A stretch of 64,000 nt of DNA, from positions 2,641 through 66,640 of the forward strand of contig DALTWF010000003.1 of NCBI GenBank assembly GCA_029987235.1. Direction: 5' to 3'. The position numbers were made by a program, and so were the translations under genes. A model generated the notes under the pieces. The model did not search any database. It was not told the origin of the DNA and saw only the letters and a list, made by a program, of their open reading frames with translations. Origin of the DNA: Methanocorpusculum sp. (GTDB lineage Archaea; Halobacteriota; Methanomicrobia; Methanomicrobiales; Methanocorpusculaceae). This document shows, in pieces, positions 1 to 10,952 of this stretch. The stretch's first letter is position 1, and each line of letters starts with the position of its first letter.

Positions 1-502
1 CTATCTCCAGTATACACATATTGCAGATGCATGAATTCACAGGTCTTTGTCACAGTTTTGATTAAGATGGAGGGATCTGTCATGAGAATTTGTCAGGATA
101 TTGTTTGTCATATTATATTATGTTTTTTATTGCAATACAATATATTACACAATGTTCCGACCCCAGCAAAATCACCCCGCAAACCACACTCACCCCACCC
201 CCCACCTATATCGCCCCGACCACTGAATTTAAATACTATTTACCCTGTTGTAAAATATGCAATAAAAGCCGAATAACCATTTGGTCCGGAGTTTCAAGAG
301 AGTTCACGAAATACTGTTGATTTATCCCGATTTAATTCAACAGTAATCTTTGCGATTGATTTATTCGCAGATAGGTTTTTCAGAATATGTTCTCATTCAG
401 TAGGCGCAATACGAAACACCCCATCCATTTTCGTGCATTATATAATCTTGCAAAACAAACAATAATGCAAGACAAAAACAACATCATCTGGAGAAAACGC
501 CT

Positions 503-973
503 ATGTCAACCCTGCCCGATTCAGTAACCGCCGCATGCGAAACCCTGCGCCTCCGCCTGCACTTCCGCCACACCCGCAACGGAGAAAGTACCTTCATAGA
601 ATTTGAACAGTTTACCTCCCTCATATGCCCGACCGCAAACAGCCGCGGACTTGCAGACTTATCCCTCCTCTTTATCGACATACCGCAGGACAGAATACTG
701 GAAACCTTAAAACTGGTAAACTACCTCAACGAAGACATCGAATTCGGCAAATTCACCTTCCTCGAAAGTCAGAACAAAATCAGCTACTACCTGACCGCTT
801 TTATCCCCGAAGGAACTACAGAAGACCAGAACTTTGTTATAATCCGCGAACTGATAGAACTCTCCCTGACCTACATAGAAAACGCAAAAGAATCAGTCAG
901 ACTCCTTGCAGAAACCCGGATGACCGCAGAAGAAATATTTGAAAAAAGCACCCTGAAAGGAACCGATGAATAA
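503..973 (+). CDS. YbjN-like (type III secretion chaperone-like) domain protein
   Basis: 156 aa ORF; pattern 'LKLVNYLNEDIEFGKF' resembles the YbjN family. Confidence 0.5.
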   Translation: MSTLPDSVTAACETLRLRLHFRHTRNGESTFIEFEQFTSLICPTANSRGLADLSLLFIDIPQDRILETLKLVNYLNEDIEFGKFTFLESQNKISYYLTAFIPEGTTEDQNFVIIRELIELSLTYIENAKESVRLLAETRMTAEEIFEKSTLKGTDE

Positions 974-1175
974 GCAGGAAATACAATTTAATCTCACCTG
1001 TGCGGTTTACCTGATACTAATGTTTTTAGGAACAGACACATCTTCCGGAGTATTGCTGCTTCTTAGACCCGACATCCCACAACTGATTAGTATTCCAGTT
1101 GTTGTTTTCTTCATCGGCATTGCCATAGTCTTTTGGCGCTATGTTCAATACAGGAAAATCGATGATGAAAACTAA
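966..1175 (+). CDS. small membrane protein
   Basis: 69 aa with two hydrophobic segments; overlaps upstream stop; followed by TCCGG/CCGGA hairpin and T-run. Confidence 0.55.
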   Translation: MNKQEIQFNLTCAVYLILMFLGTDTSSGVLLLLRPDIPQLISIPVVVFFIGIAIVFWRYVQYRKIDDEN

Positions 1176-1418
1176 GCTCCGGACCTGAGAAACCCGGATT
1201 TTTTTCTCCGAAAAAGGGAGTGTGCAGGTGAAATAAAAACTTTAATCACACCAGGCATCGAAAGAAAAGCTTGCGATACTCAGAGACCACCACCACCCAT
1301 AGGTTTGTGAAAAATATGAGTGACTTAATCCGAAACGGTAAACCGATCACCGACCTTTTTCCACCACAACCCCCCCCCCTCCACAGAATATAAATACCCC
1401 ACCAACCCATTATACACT

Positions 1419-2489
1419 ATGAACACTCGCACCCCGACCCTTGCCGCAGCCGCCCTGATAATCATCATCTGCCTGCTGTCAGCCGGCTGCACCACAGCAG
1501 AAGAAAAACAGACACCCAAAGAAGACAAACCCTACCTCGTCATCGACACCGACCCGGGAACAGACGATGCAATAGCATTTTTCCTGCGCGAAACCCTCAT
1601 AGACACACCCTGCATGATTATCGGAACAGCAGGAAACGTCCCGATAGACCTTATACGCGAAAACCTCCTCCTGCTCTCCGACTACCTCGACAGCACCACA
1701 AAAATTGCCTTCGGCGCCTCAACCAGACTAAACGGCGACCCGATATATTATGACGGCTTCTGCGGAGAAGACGGCCTTGGAAACCAGTCAGACTCCTTTA
1801 TACAGTATTCACAGAAAAAACACAACCTTACAAAAGAAGAGATTGAAAACCACTACAACCAGATGGTTACACCATACGATAACATCGACGAAATAGCAGA
1901 AGAACTCATGCAGCATAACCACATCACCTACGTCCTCCTCTCCCCCTCAACAACACTCGCCACCCTGCTTATGAAATACCCGCAACTGAAAGAAAAAATA
2001 GACAAAGTCTACATAATGGGCGGAGGATTTTCCATCACCAACGCACCCCACAATGCCGAATTCAACATGGCAGGAGACCCGCAAGCAGACAAAATTGTAT
2101 TCAGCTCCGGCCTTGACATCACCCTGCTCCCCCTCGATGTGACCATGTCATACGTAATTACCGAAGAACAACTAAAAGTACTCGAAGAAACCGGAAAATA
2201 TCCGGAAATCATGGGAATACTCAACTACGGACTCCAAGCCTCAAAAGCAACCGGCGAATCGGACGGATTTCAACTGCACGACCCGATAGCCCTGCTGTGT
2301 GCGCTTTCCCCAGCAGATTTCACCTTCAAAGACACAAAAATAAGCATTGACGAATACGGAGCCACAAAAGACCTCGGACCCGATGCACAGGAAGGCTACC
2401 CGATTCACCTGGCAACATCTATGGTTCCGAATACTCTGTACAAAGGATTTCTGAAAGCCTTCGAAATAGAAGGAGTAAATAAAGCCTGA
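1419..2489 (+). CDS. inosine/uridine-preferring nucleoside hydrolase family protein, predicted lipoprotein
   Basis: DTDPGTDDA Asp-rich motif, MGG, AEFN and LHDP motifs; N-terminal hydrophobic signal ending in lipobox LSAGC. Confidence 0.85.
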   Translation: MNTRTPTLAAAALIIIICLLSAGCTTAEEKQTPKEDKPYLVIDTDPGTDDAIAFFLRETLIDTPCMIIGTAGNVPIDLIRENLLLLSDYLDSTTKIAFGASTRLNGDPIYYDGFCGEDGLGNQSDSFIQYSQKKHNLTKEEIENHYNQMVTPYDNIDEIAEELMQHNHITYVLLSPSTTLATLLMKYPQLKEKIDKVYIMGGGFSITNAPHNAEFNMAGDPQADKIVFSSGLDITLLPLDVTMSYVITEEQLKVLEETGKYPEIMGILNYGLQASKATGESDGFQLHDPIALLCALSPADFTFKDTKISIDEYGATKDLGPDAQEGYPIHLATSMVPNTLYKGFLKAFEIEGVNKA

Positions 2490-2666
2490 AAAAATCAGGC
2501 ATCTTTTTTCTGAACGGAAAAAAAGTCACTGACTTTTTTCAAAGACAAAAACAACCCGGTGACATTTTTCAGACCCGAAAAGAACCCGCCCGCATATTTC
2601 CCTGAAAAACCCGTACCATTAACAAGATACATAAGCCATCAGACACCATTAATATAGAGAAACATC

Positions 2667-4397
2667 ATGGCAGAAACTCTTGACATATATGATAAAGTAA
2701 CAGAACTTGCCAGAAGAAGAGGCTTTGTCTGGCCCTCCTCCGAAATCTACGGCTCCGTAGCAGGATTTATCGACTACGGACCGTTAGGCGCAATGCTCAA
2801 ACGCCGCATTGAAAACGTCTGGCGCAGATTCTACGTAGTACAGGAAGGCTACTACGAAATCGAATGCCCGACCGTCGGAATTGAACCAATCTACGTTGCA
2901 TCCGGACACGTCGGCGGCTTCTCCGACAAAATGTTCCAGTGCCCCCACTGCCAGGAATACCTCCGCGCAGACCACGTAGCAGAAGCATTCGGAATCCCTC
3001 ACGCAGGAACCATGTCAAAAGAACAGCTCCGCGACGTCTTAAAAGACAAAACCTGCCCCTCCTGCGGCAAAATCTTAGGCGACCTTGACGTCTTTGACTT
3101 CAACCTCATGTTCACCACCTCAATCGGCCCCGGAGGACAGAGAAAAGGCTACCTCAGACCCGAAACCGCACAGGGAATGTTCGTTGACTTCCCCCGCCTC
3201 CTAAGATTCTACCGCGACCACCTGCCCTTTGGCGCAGTCCAGATAGGCAAATCCTACCGAAACGAAATCTCCCCCAGACAGGGAATGATAAGACTTCGCG
3301 AATTCACCCAGGCAGAAGCAGAAATCTTCGTCCACCCGAACGAAAAGAACCACCCCCAGTTCTTCAGATACGAAAACTACTCCATGCCCCTTTGCGGCAT
3401 TGCACAGCAGGAAAAAAACGCACCTGCAATCATCCGCACCATGCGCCAGGCAGTAGACGAAGGAATCATTGCAAACGAATACGTCGCACACTACGTAGCA
3501 ATGACCCACGACATCCTGACAACCGTCGGATTCAACCCCGACAAAATCAGATTCCGCCAGCACATGCCCGATGAACGCGCCCACTACGCAACAGACTGCT
3601 GGGATGCAGAAGCCTACTCCGAGCGCTTCGGCTGGGTTGAAATCGTCGGAATCGCCGACAGAACCAACTACGACTTAAAAGCCCACTCCCGCGTATCCGG
3701 CGAGAAAAACACCGTATTCGTCCAGTATGCAGAGCCTAAAAAAGTCCACCACAAAGCAGTAGTTCCCAACTTCGGCAAATTAGGTCCGATCTACCGCGGA
3801 AAAGCAAAGGCAATCTCCGAAGCCATGAAAACCACAGAGCCCAAAGAAGACGGAATCCACTTAACCATCGACGGCGAAGAAATCCTTGTCGCACCGGAAA
3901 TGTACACCGTAAAAGACGAAATGGTCGATGTTTTCGGCGAAGAAGTAATGCCGCACGTCATTGAACCATCCTACGGCATTGACAGAATCTGCTACATGGT
4001 CCTTGAACACTCCTTCGCAGAAGACGAAGCAGACGGCGAAACAAGAAACGTCATGCGCTTCAAAAACGCCGTAGCCCCGATTCAGGTCGCAGTCCTTCCG
4101 TTAATGGCACGCGACGGACTTGACGAATTCGCACGCAAAGTCGTCCTCGCACTGCAGGATGAAGGAATCCAGACCGAATACGACGACGCAGGCGCAATCG
4201 GCCGCAGATACAGAAGACAGGACGAAATCGGAACCCCGTTCTGCATTACCATCGATTACGACACCCTTGAAGACGGAACTGTAACAATCCGCGAACGTGA
4301 CTCAATGAAACAGATTCGCGTTTCCTGGGACAGACTGGTAACCGAAATTCCTGCCCTTCTTGCAGGCAAAAAAGAGTTCGCAGAAAACACGTTATAA
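2667..4397 (+). CDS. glyS: glycyl-tRNA synthetase (archaeal/eukaryotic alpha2 type)
   Basis: YLRPETAQG, RNEISPRQGMIRLREF, VIEPSYGIDR, IGRRYRRQDEIGTP motifs. Confidence 0.97.
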   Translation: MAETLDIYDKVTELARRRGFVWPSSEIYGSVAGFIDYGPLGAMLKRRIENVWRRFYVVQEGYYEIECPTVGIEPIYVASGHVGGFSDKMFQCPHCQEYLRADHVAEAFGIPHAGTMSKEQLRDVLKDKTCPSCGKILGDLDVFDFNLMFTTSIGPGGQRKGYLRPETAQGMFVDFPRLLRFYRDHLPFGAVQIGKSYRNEISPRQGMIRLREFTQAEAEIFVHPNEKNHPQFFRYENYSMPLCGIAQQEKNAPAIIRTMRQAVDEGIIANEYVAHYVAMTHDILTTVGFNPDKIRFRQHMPDERAHYATDCWDAEAYSERFGWVEIVGIADRTNYDLKAHSRVSGEKNTVFVQYAEPKKVHHKAVVPNFGKLGPIYRGKAKAISEAMKTTEPKEDGIHLTIDGEEILVAPEMYTVKDEMVDVFGEEVMPHVIEPSYGIDRICYMVLEHSFAEDEADGETRNVMRFKNAVAPIQVAVLPLMARDGLDEFARKVVLALQDEGIQTEYDDAGAIGRRYRRQDEIGTPFCITIDYDTLEDGTVTIRERDSMKQIRVSWDRLVTEIPALLAGKKEFAENTL

Positions 4398-4409
4398 CGC
4401 GTTCATCCG

Positions 4410-6692
4410 ATGAGCTACATTTCGCACAAAAACATACCGGAAAACACCATCGAAGAACGGGCTTATCAGACAGCTGTCGCCCGCCATGCAATGGACGGAA
4501 ACACCCTTGTCGTGCTTCCGACAGGCATGGGAAAAACAGCCGTTGCACTGCTTGTTGCAGCAGAACGCCTTGACAAAGGCAAAATACTGATGCTTGCACC
4601 GACAAAACCTCTTGTCGAGCAGCATCTCCGCTATTTTTCCAAAAATCTCCTCATTGACGAAGAAGACATTGTGATGTTTACCGGCACAATGCCGCCTGAA
4701 AAACGGGCAAAACTCTGGGAACAGGCGAGATTTGTTGCCGCAACGCCGGAGGTTATCAAAAACGACCTTATTGGTGAACGCTATTTCCTAAACGATGTCA
4801 GTCTCTTAATCGTTGACGAATGCCACCGCACGACAGGCGACTATGCCTATGTCTTTATCGGCGAACGCTACAATGAAACAGCGAAAGACCCGCTGCTTCT
4901 TGCAATGACGGCATCCCCCGGCTCCGATCGCGAAACTGTGGCACAGATATGCGCCCATTTAGGCATTACCATTGTAGAGAGCCGTACCGAAGAAGATGAC
5001 GATGTAAGACCCTATGTGCACGAACGCGAACTCGAATATGTGACCGTGGATCTGCCCGAACCGCTCTGGCTTGCCGTTTCCGTTATGAACCGGATGATTG
5101 AAGACAGACTGGGAAAACTTAAAGGTTATAATTTCCAGGTTCCTCCCCGTGACCGGCTTTCAATGAAAGCGTTAAACGCCATTATGGCGCAGATTCAGTC
5201 ACGCATGCAGCAACGAGACGGAACCGCATACCAAGCCGCATCGGTTCATGCAGAAATTATGAAACTGCGGCACGGTGTTATGCTTGCAGAGTCCCAGGGC
5301 TCGACAGCGCTCAAAATCTATCTTGCAAAACTCGAAGCAGAGGGTGCAACCGGCAAAAGCAAAGCATCACTGCACATTTTCGAAGACGAGGGATTCCGCC
5401 GTCTCTTAACACTTTCAGGCACCTGGACCTCTGAAATCCACCCGAAAGCAGACGAAGTCGTAAGAATCGTCCGCGACCAGCTGATGGAATCGGCCGAATC
5501 GAAGATTATCGTCTTTGTTTCCTTCCGCGACGGCGTTTCAATGCTTGTAGACAAACTCAATGAAGCAGGTATTTCGGCCCGCAGATTTGTCGGTCAGGCA
5601 TCGCGCGACTATGAAAAAGGTCTGTCGCAGAAAGAGCAGATTGCAGCAATTAAGGAGTTTCGCGAAGGCGAATATTCTGTTCTGGTATCAACATCGGTAG
5701 GCGAGGAAGGTCTTGACATCCCTTCAACAGACTTGGTCATATTCTATGAATCGGTACCGTCCGAGGTCCGCTCCATTCAGCGAAAAGGAAGAACGGGCAG
5801 AAACACAACCGGTCGTGTCATTGTTCTTGTAACCAAAGGCACGATGGATGAAACCTACAAATTCGTCTCCAATTCGAAAGAAAAGGCGATGCAGAAGAAT
5901 GTGCGCACGATGCGAAGTGGTGACGTGCCGCAGTTTGCAGCAACGGCACCAAAAGAAAGCGACTCCCAGATTTCGCTTGCAGAAGCGGTTTTGCAGGCTG
6001 CAGAAGCCCGCAAAGCAGAGGAGGAGGAGGACGCAGACCGTCCGCAGATTACCGTCGATAACCGTGAAACGCACTCCAAAGTCGCCGAACTATTAAGCAG
6101 TTTCGGGGTAAAAATAACACTTGCCCAGCTTTCCGTCGGCGATTACGCAATAGGCGACCGGATTTTAGTCGAACGAAAGACGATTACGGATTTCGTTGAT
6201 ACGCTGGTTGACCGCGATTTATTCGGTCAGATGAAAGAACTTGCGTCAAACTGCACCCGTCCGGTTCTTATTATCGAAGGCGGAAGTATTTCAGACCTGT
6301 ACAACGTCCGAAACGTCCACCCGAACGCAATAAGAAACACGCTTGCATCAATCGCGGCGGATTTTGATGTATCCGTTCTTTTCACCAAAGATGCGGAAGA
6401 AACCGCCCATATGCTGCATGCGTTTGCAAGACGCGGGGCAGGCGGTGAGAAAAAAGAGCGGTCGCTGCATAAGGGCAAAGCACACAAATCCCTGCATGAA
6501 TCAGCAGAATACGTGCTTTCCGCTTTTCCCGATGTAGGACCGAAAGCCGCCCGCACGCTTCTTGCGCATTTCAAAACGCTTCGGGCGGTTCTTTCCGCAT
6601 CAAAAGAAGAACTCCAAAAAGTTAAGGGTATCGGTGAAAAAACCGCAAATGGTGTATGTCTGGTTGCAGATTTCCTGTGGGAGGAAAAATGA
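4410..6692 (+). CDS. hef: Hef (FANCM-like helicase plus ERCC4 nuclease)
   Basis: PTGMGKT, DECH, QRKGRTGR helicase motifs; GDY...ERK ERCC4 motif; C-terminal HhH pair. Confidence 0.93.
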   Translation: MSYISHKNIPENTIEERAYQTAVARHAMDGNTLVVLPTGMGKTAVALLVAAERLDKGKILMLAPTKPLVEQHLRYFSKNLLIDEEDIVMFTGTMPPEKRAKLWEQARFVAATPEVIKNDLIGERYFLNDVSLLIVDECHRTTGDYAYVFIGERYNETAKDPLLLAMTASPGSDRETVAQICAHLGITIVESRTEEDDDVRPYVHERELEYVTVDLPEPLWLAVSVMNRMIEDRLGKLKGYNFQVPPRDRLSMKALNAIMAQIQSRMQQRDGTAYQAASVHAEIMKLRHGVMLAESQGSTALKIYLAKLEAEGATGKSKASLHIFEDEGFRRLLTLSGTWTSEIHPKADEVVRIVRDQLMESAESKIIVFVSFRDGVSMLVDKLNEAGISARRFVGQASRDYEKGLSQKEQIAAIKEFREGEYSVLVSTSVGEEGLDIPSTDLVIFYESVPSEVRSIQRKGRTGRNTTGRVIVLVTKGTMDETYKFVSNSKEKAMQKNVRTMRSGDVPQFAATAPKESDSQISLAEAVLQAAEARKAEEEEDADRPQITVDNRETHSKVAELLSSFGVKITLAQLSVGDYAIGDRILVERKTITDFVDTLVDRDLFGQMKELASNCTRPVLIIEGGSISDLYNVRNVHPNAIRNTLASIAADFDVSVLFTKDAEETAHMLHAFARRGAGGEKKERSLHKGKAHKSLHESAEYVLSAFPDVGPKAARTLLAHFKTLRAVLSASKEELQKVKGIGEKTANGVCLVADFLWEEK

Positions 6693-7161
6693 GTTTTTTA
6701 AAAGGGATGTGGGAATGGTTCTGCGGAAAGGAAAGTACTGTTACCACACGGCAGTTTTCCAAAATGATGGAAAAAGTCTCGCAGGAAAAACTTTCAGAAA
6801 AGAAGAATAAATAATAGGATTTGGAAATATATGGTTTTCAAATCTCTCATCTAAATATCGTTGAAATTGTGTAATATTTTAGACCTGCACCGTATTTTTT
6901 TCGAGTTTTCAGTTAATTTTCGTATATTAGATATTTTCGTGATTTTCTCCGCGGGAGCGAAACGACCAAGTAGTTGAGCAAGCCGAAGGCTTGCGGTTCG
7001 TGTAATTTTCGTGGGAGAGATATTTAAACTACACTGGAAAAAATAAAAAGAGAGAGGAATAGCCACCCATCCATTTCACTTTCATCAAACCGTACCCTGC
7101 TTCCTCTAAGGTAACTCATATAAAGGATGCAAACACCATAATATAAACAGTATTAATAATT

Positions 7162-7434
7162 ATGAAACTCATCATCAATGAAAAGAGATGCAAGGGTTGT
7201 CTTCTCTGTGCAAAAGTCTGCCCCTACCATATCTTTACCGAAGGAAAGACACCCGGTGCACGCGGTTACGTGATACCGGTTCTTGACCGGCCCGAGCGCT
7301 GCACCAACTGCCGTCTGCAGAAGATGTACCAGCGCCAGTTATGCGGCATGTGTCAAACAATATGTCCTGATCAGGCAATATCCTGGATTGAGGAAAAGCC
7401 CTTTGAGGCACACAAGGCGGTGATTGAATTTTGA
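7162..7434 (+). CDS. korD: 2-oxoglutarate:ferredoxin oxidoreductase delta subunit (ferredoxin)
   Basis: CxxCxxCxxxCP motif plus a second Cys cluster; first gene of the kor operon. Confidence 0.8.
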   Translation: MKLIINEKRCKGCLLCAKVCPYHIFTEGKTPGARGYVIPVLDRPERCTNCRLQKMYQRQLCGMCQTICPDQAISWIEEKPFEAHKAVIEF

Positions 7435-8567
7435 GCGGCAGACTCGAGTTCTTTAACGGAAACACCGCCTGTGCCGAGGGTGCACTCGCCGCAGGATGCC
7501 GCTTTTTCGCCGGATACCCTATAACTCCTTCCACGGAAATTGCAGAACGCATGGCTCTTCGCCTTCCGAAACTGGACGGCACCTTCATTCAGATGGAAGA
7601 TGAATTAGCCAGTATGGCGGCTATTATCGGAGGTTCCTGGGCAGGCGCACGCACAATGACCGCAACTTCCGGACCCGGATTTTCCCTGATGCAGGAAAAC
7701 ATAGGCTATGCTGCAATGACCGAAACACCGTGCGTTGTTGTAAATGTTCAGCGCGGCGGACCGTCCACCGGTCAGCCGACAATGGCAGCACAGGGCGATA
7801 TGCTTCAGGCAAGGTACGGCTCACACGGCGATTATTCGGTTATTGCGCTGTCACCTTCCTCCGTTCAGGAAATGTTTGACTTAACCGTCAGAGCGTTCAA
7901 TCTCGCAGACAAATACAGAACGCCGGTCTTTTTAATGGCGGATGAAACAATAGGTCATATGCGGGAAAAAATCACCATTCCGGACTCGGTCGAAATAATT
8001 CCGCGCCGTGAACTTGCAGAAGGTGAAAATCCCTGCGACGGCGGAGAGTCCGGCGTTCCAGGTTTCGGCACCTTTGGTACCGGACACAATATCCACGTTA
8101 CCGGCTTAACTCACGGGGAAAACGGTTATCCGGCAACAGATTCTGCAGAACTCCATGAAAAAATGGTGCGGCGCCAGGTTGATAAAATCGAAAAGCACGC
8201 AAAAGAAATCGCCGATTTCGATATTGTCAATAAAGACGCCGAATATGTGTTTATCTCATACGGAGCACCGACAAGAACCGTGAGCCAGCTTTTGTACGAC
8301 AAACAGGATAAAAATACCGGACATCTGAATATCCGCACAGTATGGCCGTTCCCTGCATTTGCTTTGGATGAGTTTGCAAATGCAAAGGCGTTTATCATTC
8401 CCGAAATGAACCTTGGTCAGATTGCCAAAGAACTGCGCCAGCACACGAACGTTCCGGTTGTCACTGTGCCGAAATTAGGCGGGGCACTGCACACTCCTGC
8501 CGAACTTGAAAAAGCACTCGGCATCGCTAAAACCGCAAAAAAACCGGTAACGGAGGTCAGATTATGA
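7431..8567 (+). CDS. korA: 2-oxoglutarate:ferredoxin oxidoreductase alpha subunit
   Basis: GYPITPSTE, QMEDE, TATSGPG, QRGGPSTG; TTG start overlapping korD. Confidence 0.9.
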   Translation: MSGRLEFFNGNTACAEGALAAGCRFFAGYPITPSTEIAERMALRLPKLDGTFIQMEDELASMAAIIGGSWAGARTMTATSGPGFSLMQENIGYAAMTETPCVVVNVQRGGPSTGQPTMAAQGDMLQARYGSHGDYSVIALSPSSVQEMFDLTVRAFNLADKYRTPVFLMADETIGHMREKITIPDSVEIIPRRELAEGENPCDGGESGVPGFGTFGTGHNIHVTGLTHGENGYPATDSAELHEKMVRRQVDKIEKHAKEIADFDIVNKDAEYVFISYGAPTRTVSQLLYDKQDKNTGHLNIRTVWPFPAFALDEFANAKAFIIPEMNLGQIAKELRQHTNVPVVTVPKLGGALHTPAELEKALGIAKTAKKPVTEVRL

Positions 8568-9337
8568 GTCTTGAAGACTGGTACCGCCAGGACCGGCTGC
8601 CGCATATCTACTGTGCGGGATGCGGAAACGGAACCGTGTTAAACTGTACCCTTCGCGCGGTGGAAAATCTCGGCTACGACCTCAACGAAACGACCTTTGT
8701 TTCCGGAATCGGCTGCTCTTCGCGTGCCGGCGGTTACACTGCTGCGGACTCGCTACACACAACCCACGGCCGTGCGCTTGCGTTTGCAACGGGCGTTAAA
8801 CTGGTAAAACCAAAGCAGCACGTAATTGTTTTCACCGGCGACGGCGACTGTTCTGCAATCGGCGGAAACCACTTTATTCATGCCTGCAGAAGAAACATTG
8901 ACTTAACCGTTATCTGCATGAACAACAATATTTACGGCATGACAGGAGGTCAGGGAAGTCCGTGTACGCCTTACGGTGCAATTTCGACAACAACACCGTA
9001 CGGAATGCACGAACAGCCCTTTGATTTGTGCCGTCTTGCCGAAGCTGCAGGCGCAAATTATGTCGCACGGTGGACAACGTACCATGTAAAGCGCCTTACC
9101 GATGCAATCGAAACCGGTCTTGAAAACAAAGGACTGTCCTTTATTGAGGCAATGTCTCAGTGTCCGACGTCTTTTGGCAGCAAGAACAAGATGAAGCAGG
9201 TCGGACAAATGATTGAGATGTTCAAAAACAGCACCGTACTGAAGGCAAAAGCGGATGCTGAGGGCTTAAAGCCCGGTCAGTTTGCCGTAGGCGAGTTTGT
9301 GCGGCGGCACAATCCTGCAATGGGGGTGCAGGAATGA
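8564..9337 (+). CDS. korB: 2-oxoglutarate:ferredoxin oxidoreductase beta subunit
   Basis: CAGCG, SGIGC, GDGD...NN TPP-binding motif, YGMTGGQ. Confidence 0.9.
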   Translation: MSLEDWYRQDRLPHIYCAGCGNGTVLNCTLRAVENLGYDLNETTFVSGIGCSSRAGGYTAADSLHTTHGRALAFATGVKLVKPKQHVIVFTGDGDCSAIGGNHFIHACRRNIDLTVICMNNNIYGMTGGQGSPCTPYGAISTTTPYGMHEQPFDLCRLAEAAGANYVARWTTYHVKRLTDAIETGLENKGLSFIEAMSQCPTSFGSKNKMKQVGQMIEMFKNSTVLKAKADAEGLKPGQFAVGEFVRRHNPAMGVQE

Positions 9338-9867
9338 GGCAGGAAATCAGATTCTCCGGCCTTGGCGGTCAGGGAATTATCACCGCTGCTGTTATTTTAG
9401 GTCGTGCTGCTGCGCTTTACACCGACAAATACGTGGTCCAGTCGCAGAGTTACGGTCCGGAAGCACGCGGTGGAGCATCGGCATCTGCCGTCATTATTTC
9501 AGATGAGCCGGTGCTTTATCCGAAAGTAACCGACCCAAAGGTGTTTGCCATTATGTCTGAAGCGGCATTTCAGAAATACGGCAAAACAGCTGGTAAAGAC
9601 GCGGTTATGCTTGTAGACCCGGGATTTGTAACAAGCCGCCCGGACTGCAGATGGATTGAAATTCCGGCAACCGCGCAGGCAAAAGCACAGCTTGGGAAGC
9701 CTGTTTTTGCAAATGTGGTTATGCTTGGAGCGCTTTTGGAGGCAACACATGTGGTTTCCTACGAAGCGCTCGAACATGCAGTTTTGGACAGTGTGCCCAA
9801 AGGAACCGAAGAAGCGAACAAAAAAGCCCTCGCCATCGGCATGCAGCTGGCAAAGGACGCATTATGA
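9334..9867 (+). CDS. korC: 2-oxoglutarate:ferredoxin oxidoreductase gamma subunit
   Basis: GLGGQG, YGPEARGG motifs. Confidence 0.88.
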   Translation: MRQEIRFSGLGGQGIITAAVILGRAAALYTDKYVVQSQSYGPEARGGASASAVIISDEPVLYPKVTDPKVFAIMSEAAFQKYGKTAGKDAVMLVDPGFVTSRPDCRWIEIPATAQAKAQLGKPVFANVVMLGALLEATHVVSYEALEHAVLDSVPKGTEEANKKALAIGMQLAKDAL

Positions 9868-10952
9868 AATTCAGAGAATACGAAGCAAAACAAATCTTTA
9901 GAAACGCAGGAATTCCGGTTCCAAACAGTGTATTAATCACCTCCGCTGATGAAGCAAAAAAAGCGCAGGAACAGGTTGCTGAAAAAGTCGTCTTAAAAGC
10001 ACAGGTTGACGTCGGCGGCCGCGGAAAAGCAGGAGGAATTTTACCTGCAGACGCCGCAACCGTTGAACAAACGGCGAAAGAACTCTTTGCAAAGCAGATT
10101 AAAGGTCTTGCAGTGGAAAAAATCCTGGTTGAGCAGGCACTGTCCATTGAGCATGAGTATTATTTAAGCATCACCGTCGACCGTGCCCGCAAATGCCCGG
10201 TTATTTTATTTTCCGCAGAAGGCGGCGTGGAAATCGAAATTCTCGCAAAAGAACGGCCTGAAGCAATTTCCCGCACCTATGTTGACCCGCAGTTTGAGAA
10301 ACTGCCGGATTTCATAGTCCGCAAGGTAATCGGCAAATCCCCAAAAGAATTAGGCGTATTTGTGAAAAAACTCTATGAAGTCTTCTGCACAAAAGACGCG
10401 GTTCTTGCAGAAATCAACCCGATTGTAAAAACACCGGCAGGATTTTTCGCAGCAGACGGCAAGGTTATTCTTGACGACAACTCGCTTGCACGCCAGGGGA
10501 TTGCAGAAAACCGTGATTTAACCCCGCGCGAGGCTGAAGCGGAAAAGCACGGATTCTCCTATGTGGAACTGGATGGAAACATCGGTGTAATAGGGAACGG
10601 AGCGGGTCTTACCATGGCAACGCTTGACATCATCGCCCATTACAACGGAAAGGCTGCCAATTTCCTTGATGTCGGCGGCGGAGCAAACGCAGAACGGGTA
10701 ACGCATGCAGTAAAACTCGTTTCCTCCATGCCGGGTGTAAAAGTGATTGTGGTAAACCTGCTTGGCGGAATTACCCAGTGTGATCAGGTTGCATTAGGGA
10801 TTATCAATGCAGGCGTGCCGCAGAAAATTATTGTGCGGATGGCAGGAACAAACGAAGCAGAAGGACGCGCAATGCTTGAAAAGGCAGGATATCTCATGAT
10901 TGACTTGATGGATGAAGCACTGCGTGCAGCAGTTCTGGGGGCGGCAAAATGA
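9864..10952 (+). CDS. sucC: succinyl-CoA synthetase beta subunit
   Basis: GGRGKAGG, GNGAGLTMAT, NFLDVGGGA. Confidence 0.95.
   Translation: MKFREYEAKQIFRNAGIPVPNSVLITSADEAKKAQEQVAEKVVLKAQVDVGGRGKAGGILPADAATVEQTAKELFAKQIKGLAVEKILVEQALSIEHEYYLSITVDRARKCPVILFSAEGGVEIEILAKERPEAISRTYVDPQFEKLPDFIVRKVIGKSPKELGVFVKKLYEVFCTKDAVLAEINPIVKTPAGFFAADGKVILDDNSLARQGIAENRDLTPREAEAEKHGFSYVELDGNIGVIGNGAGLTMATLDIIAHYNGKAANFLDVGGGANAERVTHAVKLVSSMPGVKVIVVNLLGGITQCDQVALGIINAGVPQKIIVRMAGTNEAEGRAMLEKAGYLMIDLMDEALRAAVLGAAK

Noticed and set aside
31..320. Two short ORFs at the window start
   Set aside because: AT-rich/low-complexity intergenic sequence with no protein-like features.
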